In this document: piece after piece, positions 21,102-31,500 of the stretch
How the letters are laid out: each line of letters starts with the position of its first letter
Position numbering within the stretch: the stretch's first letter is position 1
NCBI GenBank assembly: GCA_001769385.1
Contig: MEPB01000037.1
Coordinates: 12,241-76,240, forward strand
Origin: Bacteroidetes bacterium RIFCSPLOWO2_12_FULL_35_15
GTDB lineage: Bacteria; Bacteroidota; Bacteroidia; 2-12-FULL-35-15
Reading direction: 5' to 3'
Length of the DNA stretch: 64,000 nt
The notes under the pieces: generated by a model
What the model was told of the DNA's origin: nothing
Databases searched by the model: none
What the model saw: the letters and a program-made list of their open reading frames with translations, nothing else
Program-made: the position numbers and the translations under genes

Positions 21102-22082
21102 TTGGACTCAATCAAAAAATATCAAGAGAAAATTGAACAGGCTTTAATAAAAAAAAGCTATGGCTCACATCCAAAAGAACTTTACGATCCAATCGAATAT
21201 ATTATGTCTCTTGGCGGAAAGAGAATGCGGCCGGTATTGGTTTTTATCGGATGCGATTTTTTTGGAGGTAATGTTGAAAAGGCTTTGCATCCGGCATTAG
21301 CCATTGAATTGTTTCACAACTTCACCTTGATGCATGATGATATCATGGATAATGCCCCATTACGCAGAAATCAAACAACAGTTCACGAAAAATGGAATAA
21401 CAATGTTGCTATTTTAAGTGGAGATGCTATGTTGGTAAGAGCGTATCAGGAATTGTGTAAGTCTGATGTGGCAGTGCTCCCGCAGCTCTTAAATGTTTTT
21501 AGCGATATTGCAATTAAGGTATGTGAAGGACAACAATTGGATATGAATTTTGAAAAACTTCAAAAAGTAGCTATTCCGGAATACCTGAAAATGATAGCAT
21601 TAAAAACTTCAGTATTGCTTGGCGGAAGTTTAAAAATAGGAGCTCTTTTGGCAGATGCAACTGAAAGTGATGCTCAAAAACTTTACGACTTTGGTAAACA
21701 TATTGGTATCGCATTTCAATTGCAGGACGATATTTTGGATGTATATGCAGATGCAGAAAAATTCGGGAAGCAAGTAGGAGGAGATATCATTGCCAATAAA
21801 AAAACATTTCTTCTTTTGAAAGCTTTGGAAATGGTTGAAGGTAATCGATTCATGAAGGAAGAATTACAGTTGTGGTTGAATGCACCACATTTTGATCCTG
21901 CCGAAAAAGTTGCAGCAATAACTTCCATCTATAATTTTTTAAATGTTCGTGAAATTGCACGTCATGAAATGCAAAAGCATTATGATATAGCTTTGACTTT
22001 CCTAAATGATATTTCTGTTGAGCAGAATAAAAAAAATGAACTGATTGCTTTCGCGGATAGTTTAATGGTGAGAGAAGTGTGA
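21102..22082 (+). CDS. polyprenyl (geranylgeranyl) diphosphate synthase
   Basis: GGKRMRP, HDDIMD and QDDILD aspartate-rich motifs; TTG start. Confidence 0.92.
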   Translation: MDSIKKYQEKIEQALIKKSYGSHPKELYDPIEYIMSLGGKRMRPVLVFIGCDFFGGNVEKALHPALAIELFHNFTLMHDDIMDNAPLRRNQTTVHEKWNNNVAILSGDAMLVRAYQELCKSDVAVLPQLLNVFSDIAIKVCEGQQLDMNFEKLQKVAIPEYLKMIALKTSVLLGGSLKIGALLADATESDAQKLYDFGKHIGIAFQLQDDILDVYADAEKFGKQVGGDIIANKKTFLLLKALEMVEGNRFMKEELQLWLNAPHFDPAEKVAAITSIYNFLNVREIARHEMQKHYDIALTFLNDISVEQNKKNELIAFADSLMVREV

Positions 22083-22115
22083 CCTACCTATCAATATAAA
22101 TTACTTCTCAGATTT

Positions 22116-23090
22116 TTAAATTTTAAATCCCAATTTTTCTCGTACTCTTTTTAAAGTTGTTTTTGCAATTACACGTGCTTTGCTTGCTCCTACTTGCAGT
22201 TTAGCATCCAACTCTGAACGGTTATTCATGTAATAAGTATAGGTTTCACGTTGTATTTTAAATTTATCTAATAGCAATTCATACAAAGCTGTTTTTGCAT
22301 GTCCATAACCATAATTCCCTTTCAAATAATTTTCGTGCATTGTTGCAACTTGCTCTTCCGTTGCGATTAATTTATACAATGCAAATACATTACAAGTGGT
22401 AGGGTTTTTAGGTTCTTCTAATGGAGTGCCATCCGTAATGATACCCATCACCACTTTTTTTAATTCTTTTTCAGGAAGAAAAATATTGATGAAATTATTT
22501 AAAGATTTACTCATTTTTTTTCCATCTGTTCCAGGAACAAGCATTGTCACTTCATCTGTTTTTCCTTCCGGAATAACGAATACTTCACCATAGTGATGAT
22601 TGAATTTTTCAGCAATATCACGGGTCATCTCCAGATGTTGCATTTGGTCCTTTCCGACTGGAACAAAATTTGCATCATACAAAATAATATCCGCAGCCAT
22701 CAAAACAGGATACGTAAATAAACCTGCATTTACATCCGCCAAACGATCTGATTTATCTTTGAAAGAATGTGCATTTGCCAACATGGGAAAGGGAGTAAAA
22801 CAATTCAAATACCAGGTCAGTTCACACACTTCCGTAACATCACTTTGACGATAGAAAATATTCTTATCAGTATCGAAACCAAAAGCCAACCAAGTTGCTG
22901 CAACTGCATCAGTACTTTCTTTTATGAAAGCAGGATCTTTAATTGTTGTTAAGGAATGAAGATCAGCAATAAAAAATAATGATTCATTTCCTTCTTGTTT
23001 TGACAATTCAATTGCTGGAACAATGGCCCCTAAAATGTTTCCTAAGTGTGGGATATTGGTACTTTGAATTCCCGTAAGTATTCTTGACAT
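22116..23090 (-). CDS. trpS: tryptophan--tRNA ligase
   Basis: HLGN, YPVLMAADI, VPVGKDQ, KMSKS. Confidence 0.97.
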   Translation of the reverse strand: MSRILTGIQSTNIPHLGNILGAIVPAIELSKQEGNESLFFIADLHSLTTIKDPAFIKESTDAVAATWLAFGFDTDKNIFYRQSDVTEVCELTWYLNCFTPFPMLANAHSFKDKSDRLADVNAGLFTYPVLMAADIILYDANFVPVGKDQMQHLEMTRDIAEKFNHHYGEVFVIPEGKTDEVTMLVPGTDGKKMSKSLNNFINIFLPEKELKKVVMGIITDGTPLEEPKNPTTCNVFALYKLIATEEQVATMHENYLKGNYGYGHAKTALYELLLDKFKIQRETYTYYMNNRSELDAKLQVGASKARVIAKTTLKRVREKLGFKI

Positions 23091-23282
23091 ATATATTTAA
23101 AATTAAGAGCAAAAAACGAATAAAAAAAATTTTGCCAAAGATAAGTTTATTTAAATAATTGACTAGATGAATAGTTTTTTGTTTGAGTTTAAAGCCAGTT
23201 TAAATTGTACTCAAACCTCTCCCGCTAAATCTTCTACTTATAATAAATAATTAATGTTTGGTTTTTAGTACATTTGCGTTAG

Positions 23283-24035
23283 ATGCAGTATTTGTTTATT
23301 ATCCCTCGAACTCTTTGGAAGATCTTATTTATGCTCAATTTTGCATTGGCATTGATCATTCTTTCCCCGTTGATTTATTTGTTTTTTAATAAAAAAGAAT
23401 TTTTTAAAAAATCGTATAACCTGACAAGATTTTTAAGTCATTGGTTAGTTTTTGTTCCCGGAATAATTTTGAACATAAAGAGAGAGACTCCTGCAAACCA
23501 ATTACCCAAAACAGCAATTTATTGTTCTAACCATTCATCCTATCTTGATATTATTTTAGCCTTTGTTGTGATAAAAAATCATTTTATTTCATTAGGGAAA
23601 AAACAATTAGAAAAAGTTCCAATTTTGAGAATGTTTTTTAAGAATGTTCATATTTTAGTGGACAGAAAAAGTGTGTCGAGCTCGCATCGGGCTTTTTTGA
23701 GATTGGCAAAATATCTTGACAATGGTACCAGCATTTTAGTTTTTCCGGAAGGAACCATTTCGAATTCAGGACAACTACTTGCTTTCAAAAATGGTGCATT
23801 TAAATTAGCGATCGATAAACAAGTTCCTATTGTACCCATTACATTTTTGAATAATTGGAAGCTTTTGCAAAATGGAGGGTTTTTGAAAGCAAAAGGGCGA
23901 CCGGGAATTTGTCGTATTGTTGTTCACAAACCAATTTATACTACCGGAATGAGTGAAAAGGATTTATTATCTTTGAGAACACAAGTTTACGATGTTATTT
24001 CTAAAGAATTAAACAACTATAACGCTGGGAATTAG
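23283..24035 (+). CDS. 1-acyl-sn-glycerol-3-phosphate acyltransferase (PlsC family)
   Basis: NHSSYLD, FPEGT, FKNGAF motifs. Confidence 0.9.
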   Translation: MQYLFIIPRTLWKILFMLNFALALIILSPLIYLFFNKKEFFKKSYNLTRFLSHWLVFVPGIILNIKRETPANQLPKTAIYCSNHSSYLDIILAFVVIKNHFISLGKKQLEKVPILRMFFKNVHILVDRKSVSSSHRAFLRLAKYLDNGTSILVFPEGTISNSGQLLAFKNGAFKLAIDKQVPIVPITFLNNWKLLQNGGFLKAKGRPGICRIVVHKPIYTTGMSEKDLLSLRTQVYDVISKELNNYNAGN

Positions 24036-24061
24036 TAGCTTGAATAAAAAACAATTTTGCC

Positions 24062-24352
24062 ATGAAAATAGATAATGAAACGGTAGATAAAATTGCTCAT
24101 TTAGCTCGTTTAGAATTTGAGAATGAAGCAAAAGAACAAATTATTAAGGATATGAATAATATGCTTGCTTTTGTGGAAAAGCTGAATGAATTAGATACTT
24201 CTAATGTGGAGCCTTTGATTTACATGAATGAGGAAGTAAATGTTTTGCGTGAAGATGAAGTGAGGCACTATATTACCCAAGACGAAGCATTAAAGAATGC
24301 ACCAAAACATGATTCGGATTATTTTAAAGTGCCAAAAGTTATTGAAAAATAA
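24062..24352 (+). CDS. gatC: Asp/Glu-tRNA amidotransferase subunit C
   Basis: KIAHLARL, LDTSNVEP, LRED, NAP...YFKVPKVIE. Confidence 0.95.
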   Translation: MKIDNETVDKIAHLARLEFENEAKEQIIKDMNNMLAFVEKLNELDTSNVEPLIYMNEEVNVLREDEVRHYITQDEALKNAPKHDSDYFKVPKVIEK

Positions 24353-24373
24353 AAAATAATCTGAATCTTTAAC

Positions 24374-26776
24374 TTACACTTCAAATCCCCATTCGTCATT
24401 AAATAATTTATCAGGAGAAGAAGGTTTTTTAGGGATCTGTGTCTCTGCGCTTGGAAACGTTTTTTTGATTTCTATGTTTTTCTCAGTTGCCTCTTTCATC
24501 TTCTCTTTAAAGTTTTTGTTTTTAGGCCGTTCTGTTCGCTTCGTTTGTTCCTGTTTTGTGGAAGTTGAAACATTATTTTTCTTTCTCTCTTCGATTACTT
24601 CAACCAATGCAAAATCCAGTTGTTTTTTTACCAGGTCGGCACGTTTTACTTCTATTCTAACAGTATCACCCAGTGTAAGCACTTTGCCATATTTTCGTCC
24701 TCTTAAGCAATAATTATCTTCATCAAAAAAATAATTATCGTCATTCAGATCGCGTAAGCGAATCATGCCTTCGCAATGATTTTCAATAATTTCAACAAAA
24801 ATTCCCCATTCGGTAACACCGGAGATTTTTCCGTCATATTCTTGCCCTATTTTATCCTGTAGAAATTGTACCTGTTTGTATTTTATGGATGCCCGTTCAG
24901 CATCAGCAGCAAGTTTTTCCATGTCGGAAGAATGTTTGCATTGCTCCTCTAGTTTTTCAATATCCGGATTTTTTCCTCCATCTAAATAATGTTGTAATAA
25001 ACGATGAACCATTACATCGGGATATCTGCGGATAGGAGAAGTAAAGTGAGTATAATATTCAAATCCTAAACCATAATGTCCAATATTTTTTGTAGTATAA
25101 ATAGCTTTTGCCATGGTTCGAATGGCAAGCATTTCTATCATTCCTGATTCTTTTTTCTGATTCACTTCTTTCAATAAATTATTCATTGAATCAGCAACCA
25201 TTTTTTCGTTTTTGATATTTAATTTGTAACCGAATTTTGCAACAAATTCAGCAAAATTATTTAGTTTGTCTGGATTTGGTTTGTCATGGATCCTATAAAC
25301 AAATGGTTTTTGCGAATCCTGACTTTTATTTTTTGATTCTTGATTCTTGGTTCTTGATTCTTTCTCTTGCTTCTTCTTACCAACAAATTCAGCTACTTTT
25401 CTATTAGCCAACAACATAAAATCTTCTATCAATTGATTGGAATCTTTTGCAATTTTAAAAAATACGCCTGTTGGATTTCCTGCTTCATCCAAATGAAATT
25501 TTACTTCCATTTTTTCAAATGCGATGCTTCCTTTTTTAAACCTGTTGGCTCGTAGTGTTTTTGCTAATCTATCAAGTGTTAAAATTTCTTCTTTGAAATC
25601 GCCTTCCTCGGTTTCAATAACTTGTTGAGCTTCTTCGTATGTAAATCGTCTGTCGGAATTAATGATTGTTCTTCCAAACCACTCCTCAACTACTTCTGCA
25701 TCCTCCGTCATTTCAAAAACAGCGGAGAAACATAATTTTTCTTCGTGCGGACGAAGGGAACACACATTATTTGATAAAACTTCCGGAAGCATCGGAACAA
25801 CTCTATCAACAAGGTAAACAGAGGTGGCACGGGAAATTGCCTCCTGGTCTATCATGGAAGAAGTTTTTACATAATGACTTACATCGGCAATGTGAACACC
25901 GATTTCCCAGTTGCCATTGTTTAATTTTTGTATAGATAAAGCATCATCAAAATCTTTTGCATCAACCGGATCGATGGTAAATGTAGTGATAGTTCTAAAG
26001 TCACGTCTTTTTGAAATTTCTTCTTCCGTAATTTTGATAGGGATCAGGTCCGCGGCTCTTTCAACATCTTTAGGAAACTCATACGGTAAACCATATTCAG
26101 CAAGAATAGCATGCATTTCGGTATTGTTTTCTCCCACATCACCAAGTACTTCAATAATTTCACCAATCGGATTCACGCCATTTTTCGGCCATTCAACAAT
26201 TCTGGCAATTGCTTTTTGCCCATTTTTTGCACCATTTAATTTATCAAGTGGAATATATATATCAACATGAACTTTAATGTTGCTTGGAACTAAAAAGGCA
26301 AAACGGGGAGAAATTTGTATGGTACCTACAAATTTTATTTTTGCACGTTCAATAACCTCTATAATTTCTCCTTCTTGTTTGCCACTTCGTTTTGGAAATA
26401 AAAGAACTTTTACAATATCGCCATGCATGGCGTTTAGTGTTTTCTTTGGAGAAATCAGCACATCATCGGTTGTTTCTTCAGAAACAATATAAGCTGTTCC
26501 TGTGCTGGTCATATCAACCCGCCCGGTAATGTATTTTTGGATAGATTTTATTTTAAATTTACCTCTTTCCGGTTCAGATATAGAATCGGAATTTTTTAAT
26601 TCGGATAAGATCGTATTAATTAACAAGCGCTGAGAATGATCTGTAACAGATAATTCTGCAGCAATTTGTTTGTAATTTAGAGCTTTGTTAGGGGTTTTCG
26701 ATAATACTTTTAAAATTTCTTCGAAAAAAAAACTTTTGTTCTTTCCCTGAGTTTTATTTTTGAACTTTTTTGGCAT
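24374..26776 (-). CDS. rnr: ribonuclease R
   Basis: TIDPVDAKDFDDA, HIADVSHYV, HFTSPIRRYPD, C-terminal S1 domain. Confidence 0.96.
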   Translation of the reverse strand: MPKKFKNKTQGKNKSFFFEEILKVLSKTPNKALNYKQIAAELSVTDHSQRLLINTILSELKNSDSISEPERGKFKIKSIQKYITGRVDMTSTGTAYIVSEETTDDVLISPKKTLNAMHGDIVKVLLFPKRSGKQEGEIIEVIERAKIKFVGTIQISPRFAFLVPSNIKVHVDIYIPLDKLNGAKNGQKAIARIVEWPKNGVNPIGEIIEVLGDVGENNTEMHAILAEYGLPYEFPKDVERAADLIPIKITEEEISKRRDFRTITTFTIDPVDAKDFDDALSIQKLNNGNWEIGVHIADVSHYVKTSSMIDQEAISRATSVYLVDRVVPMLPEVLSNNVCSLRPHEEKLCFSAVFEMTEDAEVVEEWFGRTIINSDRRFTYEEAQQVIETEEGDFKEEILTLDRLAKTLRANRFKKGSIAFEKMEVKFHLDEAGNPTGVFFKIAKDSNQLIEDFMLLANRKVAEFVGKKKQEKESRTKNQESKNKSQDSQKPFVYRIHDKPNPDKLNNFAEFVAKFGYKLNIKNEKMVADSMNNLLKEVNQKKESGMIEMLAIRTMAKAIYTTKNIGHYGLGFEYYTHFTSPIRRYPDVMVHRLLQHYLDGGKNPDIEKLEEQCKHSSDMEKLAADAERASIKYKQVQFLQDKIGQEYDGKISGVTEWGIFVEIIENHCEGMIRLRDLNDDNYFFDEDNYCLRGRKYGKVLTLGDTVRIEVKRADLVKKQLDFALVEVIEERKKNNVSTSTKQEQTKRTERPKNKNFKEKMKEATEKNIEIKKTFPSAETQIPKKPSSPDKLFNDEWGFEV
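25321..25362. repeat. heptamer tandem repeat (GATTCTT-type, 4 good + 2 degenerate units) inside rnr
   Basis: gactttt atttttt gattctt gattctt ggttctt gattctt. Confidence 0.75.
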
Positions 26777-26891
26777 ACATCAAAAGTGCTAAGATTTAAG
26801 GGAAAAGCAAAAACTTTTTAAGAAAAACTTATTTTTTTATTATGGATGCAACCAAATAATGCAACTTTGCATCTAAACAACAGAAACGATT

Positions 26892-27419
26892 ATGACTGAT
26901 GAGCAAATAGTAAATGGCTGTATTCAAAAGAATGCTCTTGCTCAGGAATATTTGTATAAAAAGTTTTCACGAAAAATGATGGGCGTTTGCCTTCGTTATT
27001 CAGATAGTCAGGAGGAGGGAGAGGATGTTTTACAAAACGGGTTTATAAGTGTTTTTGAAAATATTGGATCATTTAAAGGAACGGGGTCGTTGGAAGGGTG
27101 GATTCGGAAAATAATGACCAATACAGCACTGACAAATATTAGAAAGAATAAAAAATTAAAACAAAATATAGCTTTGGATAGTGTAGAGTTCGCACTCCCC
27201 TCGGCCAATTATACGAATGAAAATTTTGCGGTAAAGGATTTGTTAAAAATAATACAAACATTACCACCTGGTTTTAGAACAGTTTTTAACTTGTATGCGA
27301 TCGAAGGATATTCCCATAAAGAAATAGGTGATATGTTGGATATTTCTGAGGGAACTTCAAAATCGCAATATTCAAGAGCAAAAGCACATTTACAAAAAAT
27401 AATATCAATTGACAGATAG
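26892..27419 (+). CDS. ECF RNA polymerase sigma factor
   Basis: EDVLQNGF, GSLEGWIRKI, VFNLYAIEGYSHKEI...GTSKSQYSRA. Confidence 0.95.
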   Translation: MTDEQIVNGCIQKNALAQEYLYKKFSRKMMGVCLRYSDSQEEGEDVLQNGFISVFENIGSFKGTGSLEGWIRKIMTNTALTNIRKNKKLKQNIALDSVEFALPSANYTNENFAVKDLLKIIQTLPPGFRTVFNLYAIEGYSHKEIGDMLDISEGTSKSQYSRAKAHLQKIISIDR

Positions 27420-28426
27420 TGATCAACATGAAAAATAACAATTTAGAAGATTTATTTAAAGATTCGTTCGAAAATTTTGAAGCGGATATTAATCCAAACG
27501 TTTGGAAAAATATTAAGGCTGGAATAAAAGAAGGGGATTCAGGAGTTGTAGCAAAGTTCAAATTTAACAAAATTGGCGTTAATGCTATTGTTGCCATAGT
27601 TTCGTCTATTGCCGCAATTATAGGAACTGTTTTGGTGATGAATATTGGATCTGATGACAGCAGCAGATCAAAACCGGTTAATACCACCCACGATGCCGAA
27701 TTAAACAAAACGGTTATTTCACCACAACAATCAGCAACAACTGAAAAAGGAGCTCCTGTTAAGGAAATTGAGCAAAAAGCGAACTGTTCGAACATTCAAA
27801 ATACAAATAATTCAGGAATAACAACTGATCAAATAACGAGTGAGAATATCGGAAATATCAAAAAAGACAAACAAAAGATCAACTCTATTATCAACACATT
27901 GTCTGAAGAACCAGTTGCATTAATCAATGCTTATCCAATTGGTGGAACAGTTCCTTTATTTGTGAATTTATCAAACAAAGGAATTGGAAAGACAAATAAA
28001 TGGACATTTAATGATGGGAAAAAATCAACCACATCAGCCAACCCTGTCCATGTTTTTGAAAATCCGGGTGTTTATACCGTTATTCTTACGTCTGTAAGTG
28101 CGGAAGGGAAAACATCAATTGACAGTGTGGAGGTGGAAGTAACAGGCAATTCATCTATTTCTCCAATTCCAACAGAGTTTTCGCCTAATGGTGATGGAAT
28201 AAATGATGAGTTTGTTTTTAAAAGCCAGTTTATTGCCAATATGAGCGCTGTTATATTTGATAAAAACGGCAATATTATTTATACATGGGAAGGTGAAGGA
28301 AAATGGGATGGAAAGGATTCAAAAGAAAAAAATGCGAAAATCGGGACCTATTTTTATTTGATTTCAGCGGTAGGTGTTGACGGAAAGAAGTTTGAACAAA
28401 AAGGATCAATAAATCTTACCAGATAA
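27419..28426 (+). CDS. putative anti-sigma: N-terminal cytoplasmic domain, TM, PKD domain, T9SS type B (gliding motility-associated) C-terminal domain
   Basis: 1-nt overlap with sigma stop; LEDLFKDSFENFE..VW, TM, NPVHVFENPGVYTV (PKD), FSPNGDGINDEF..WDG..GTYFY. Confidence 0.75.
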   Translation: MINMKNNNLEDLFKDSFENFEADINPNVWKNIKAGIKEGDSGVVAKFKFNKIGVNAIVAIVSSIAAIIGTVLVMNIGSDDSSRSKPVNTTHDAELNKTVISPQQSATTEKGAPVKEIEQKANCSNIQNTNNSGITTDQITSENIGNIKKDKQKINSIINTLSEEPVALINAYPIGGTVPLFVNLSNKGIGKTNKWTFNDGKKSTTSANPVHVFENPGVYTVILTSVSAEGKTSIDSVEVEVTGNSSISPIPTEFSPNGDGINDEFVFKSQFIANMSAVIFDKNGNIIYTWEGEGKWDGKDSKEKNAKIGTYFYLISAVGVDGKKFEQKGSINLTR

Positions 28427-28477
28427 TATTTAAATGTTTTATTGTTGAAAATACGTAAAAAGCTCAAAAAAGATTAT

Positions 28478-28518
28478 AAAACTGAAGAGGAAATATAAAA
28501 TCCCTCTTCAGTTTTTTT
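28478..28518 (+). terminator. intrinsic terminator
   Basis: aaaactgaagagg / cctcttcagtttt followed by T run. Confidence 0.8.
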
Positions 28519-28565
28519 ATTTTGAAACTATAAATTATATTATATTAGCATCAAAAAAATTTAGG

Positions 28566-31500
28566 GTGAAAAAAAATAAAATTTGTATTTTCTTTTTATT
28601 GGGATTGTTGCTAACTCAAAACCTAAGGGCATCACATATCGCAGGCGGTGATTTGAGTTATGTTTGTTTAGGAAATAACCAATATCAGATCAATCTTAAT
28701 TTGTTTGTTGATTGTTTGGGTTTTGACCCTGGAGCTAACCAAACCATAACTTTTACAAGTTCGTGTGGAGGAAGTGCAACTGCAACGGTAAATGTAATTA
28801 ATCCCGGTGGTACAGAAATTTCTCAATTATGTCCTGCACAAATAAATAATAGTACATGTAATGGAGGAACCCTGCCCGGCATGTGGGGTTTCCATTTCAC
28901 CGGGACAGTAACACTCGCTCCTGCATGTGATACCTGGACAATGAGCTGGACCACCTGTTGCAGAAATGCAGCAATTTTAAATCTTCAGACTCCTGATGTT
29001 TTCGGAAGTTATATTCAAGCGACCCTCAATAGTGTCACGGCTCCATGTAATAGCTCTCCATCATTTACTTCTCAGCCAATCCCTTATGTTTGCGTTAATC
29101 AGCAAGTAAATTATAATTATGGTGTTGTTGAAACAGATGGTGATTCTATGTATTATTCATTGATAAATGCAATGGATGCAAATGCTGTTAATCTTGCTTA
29201 TGTTGCAGGGTATTCAGCTAGTTCTCCAATTCCCGGAATCACCATTAATCCGATAACAGGGGTGCTTACTTTTACCCCAACCATGCTTGGGAATTTTGTA
29301 GTAGTTGTTTTGGTTCAGGAATATGATAGCAATGGAAATTTGATTGGAACAGTTATGCGTGACATTCAGTTTATCGTACAAAGTTGTTCCAATATTGTTC
29401 CTGATCCTACTGCCGGTGCAATTTCAAATTTAACAGGAACAGCTGTTCAAACAAGTCCTTTTTCTATTGAAATGTGCGAGGGATCTTCTTTTACATTTGA
29501 TGCTACTTATACTGATGCAAATGCAGGAGATGTTTTAACATTGGTTTCAAATATTTCAACTGTACTGGCCGGGTCAACACTTACCACAACAGGAGCAAAC
29601 CCGCTTGTAGCAACTATAACCTGGACTGCTCCTGGCGGAAGTGCAAATACAAATACCAGTTTTAGTGTTACCGTTAATGACGGAGCCTGCCCTGTTATGG
29701 GGCAACAAACATTTGTTTATGACATTAATGTTCAGCCTCGAACTCTAGCGGGCCCCGACCATATTATTTGTGGAATACAAAGTGTAACATTAACCGGAAC
29801 AGGTGGAAGCCTTTTTACATGGAACGTAATAAGTGGTCCTGCAATGATTGTTGGAACAAATTTCTCTTGCAATCCTTGTGCAAATCCTATTGCATCTCCA
29901 AATGCTACCACCACTTATGAAGTGGTAAGTAATCTGAGCGGAACCTGCGTAAATAAAGATACAGTTACTGTTACTGTTGTTCCCGATTTTTCTTTTGTCA
30001 CCATTCAGACTACTGATACCTTGTGTTTGCAGCAACTTGTGCAGTTAAATATTACAGGTTCTCCTGCCGGAGCATATACCTATTTATGGTCTCCACCAAC
30101 GTATCTGAATAATATTACAATTGCCAATCCTACAGCAAATGTTACTGTTCCGGGAACCTATAGCTATTATGTTGATATTACAAGCCCTTTGGGTTGCCTT
30201 AAAAAAGATACTGCAACTATAACAATTCTCCCGGACATCAGAACCCGAGTTGGACCGGATACAGTATTGTGTATTTCCCAAAGTGCCCAATTAAATGCGA
30301 CAAGTGGAAGTTCTTTTTCCTGGAATGTATTAAGCGGTACTCCAATGGTTGTTGGAACAAATTTTTCCTGTAACCCATGCGCCAATCCTATTGCTACACC
30401 AACTGTAACAACGGTATATCAGGTAACGAGCAATTTAAACGGTACTTGTATAAATAAAGACACCATTACTGTTACTGTTGTTCCAAATTTTTCCTATGTA
30501 ACAAGTCAGAGTTCAACGAGCTCATGCTTGTTGCAGCCAATACAATTTAATGCAGTGGGTTCTCCTGCCGGGACATATACCTATGACTGGTCTCCTTCCA
30601 CGTATCTAAACAATACAACAATCGCAGACCCTGTTGCAACAATTTCTTCTCCCGGAACCTATACGTATTATGTGAATATAACAAGTCCTTTGGGTTGCGT
30701 GAAAATTGATACTGCTTCCATTACAATAACTGCAAGTTATCCTCCAAATCCGGTTTCAACTGTAACGGATACGGTTGTTTGTGTAGGCGATACAGTTTTA
30801 CTTGGGGTAACTTTTGGAACTTCAGTTCCATCAGTATGTGGTACAAATCCGATAGGTTGTAGTGCTGCTTTAGTTGGAACTGTGGGAACAGGAACAACCT
30901 CCAACTCTACTACCAGCTATCCCGCACCTTACGGAAATTGGTACACTTCTGCAAAGCATCAGTTTTTGTTTAAAGCTTCAGAGTTAATTGCTGCAGGAAT
31001 TACCGGAGGAAAAATTGATCAGATCGATTTTAATGTCTCTACAATTACTGGAATAACAGCATATCACGAATATACAATAAATATGGGTTGTACAAATCTG
31101 ACTACTTTAACGAATTGGGTGACCGGCTTATCAAATGTTTACACTCCAAAAACCTATAATGTTGCAAGTGGATGGAACGGCCATGTTTTTGATCTGGCTT
31201 ATGAATGGGACGGAATATCAAATGTGGTAGTTGAAATTTGTTTTAGTGAAATGCCACCAACATCAAATTACACTAACAATTGTTCTTCCCCTTATACAAC
31301 AACAACATTTACATCTTGTTTATATTCAATAAGTGATGTTACACCACAATGTCCAAATCTGGGTCTGCCAACTACAACTAATAACAGACCAAATGTTCGT
31401 TTTCATTATTGTGGATCTGCTCCAGACTCAACAAAATATACATACACCTGGATGCCGCTAAGCGGAGTTTTTAATCCGCATACACAAACTACAGGTGCGA

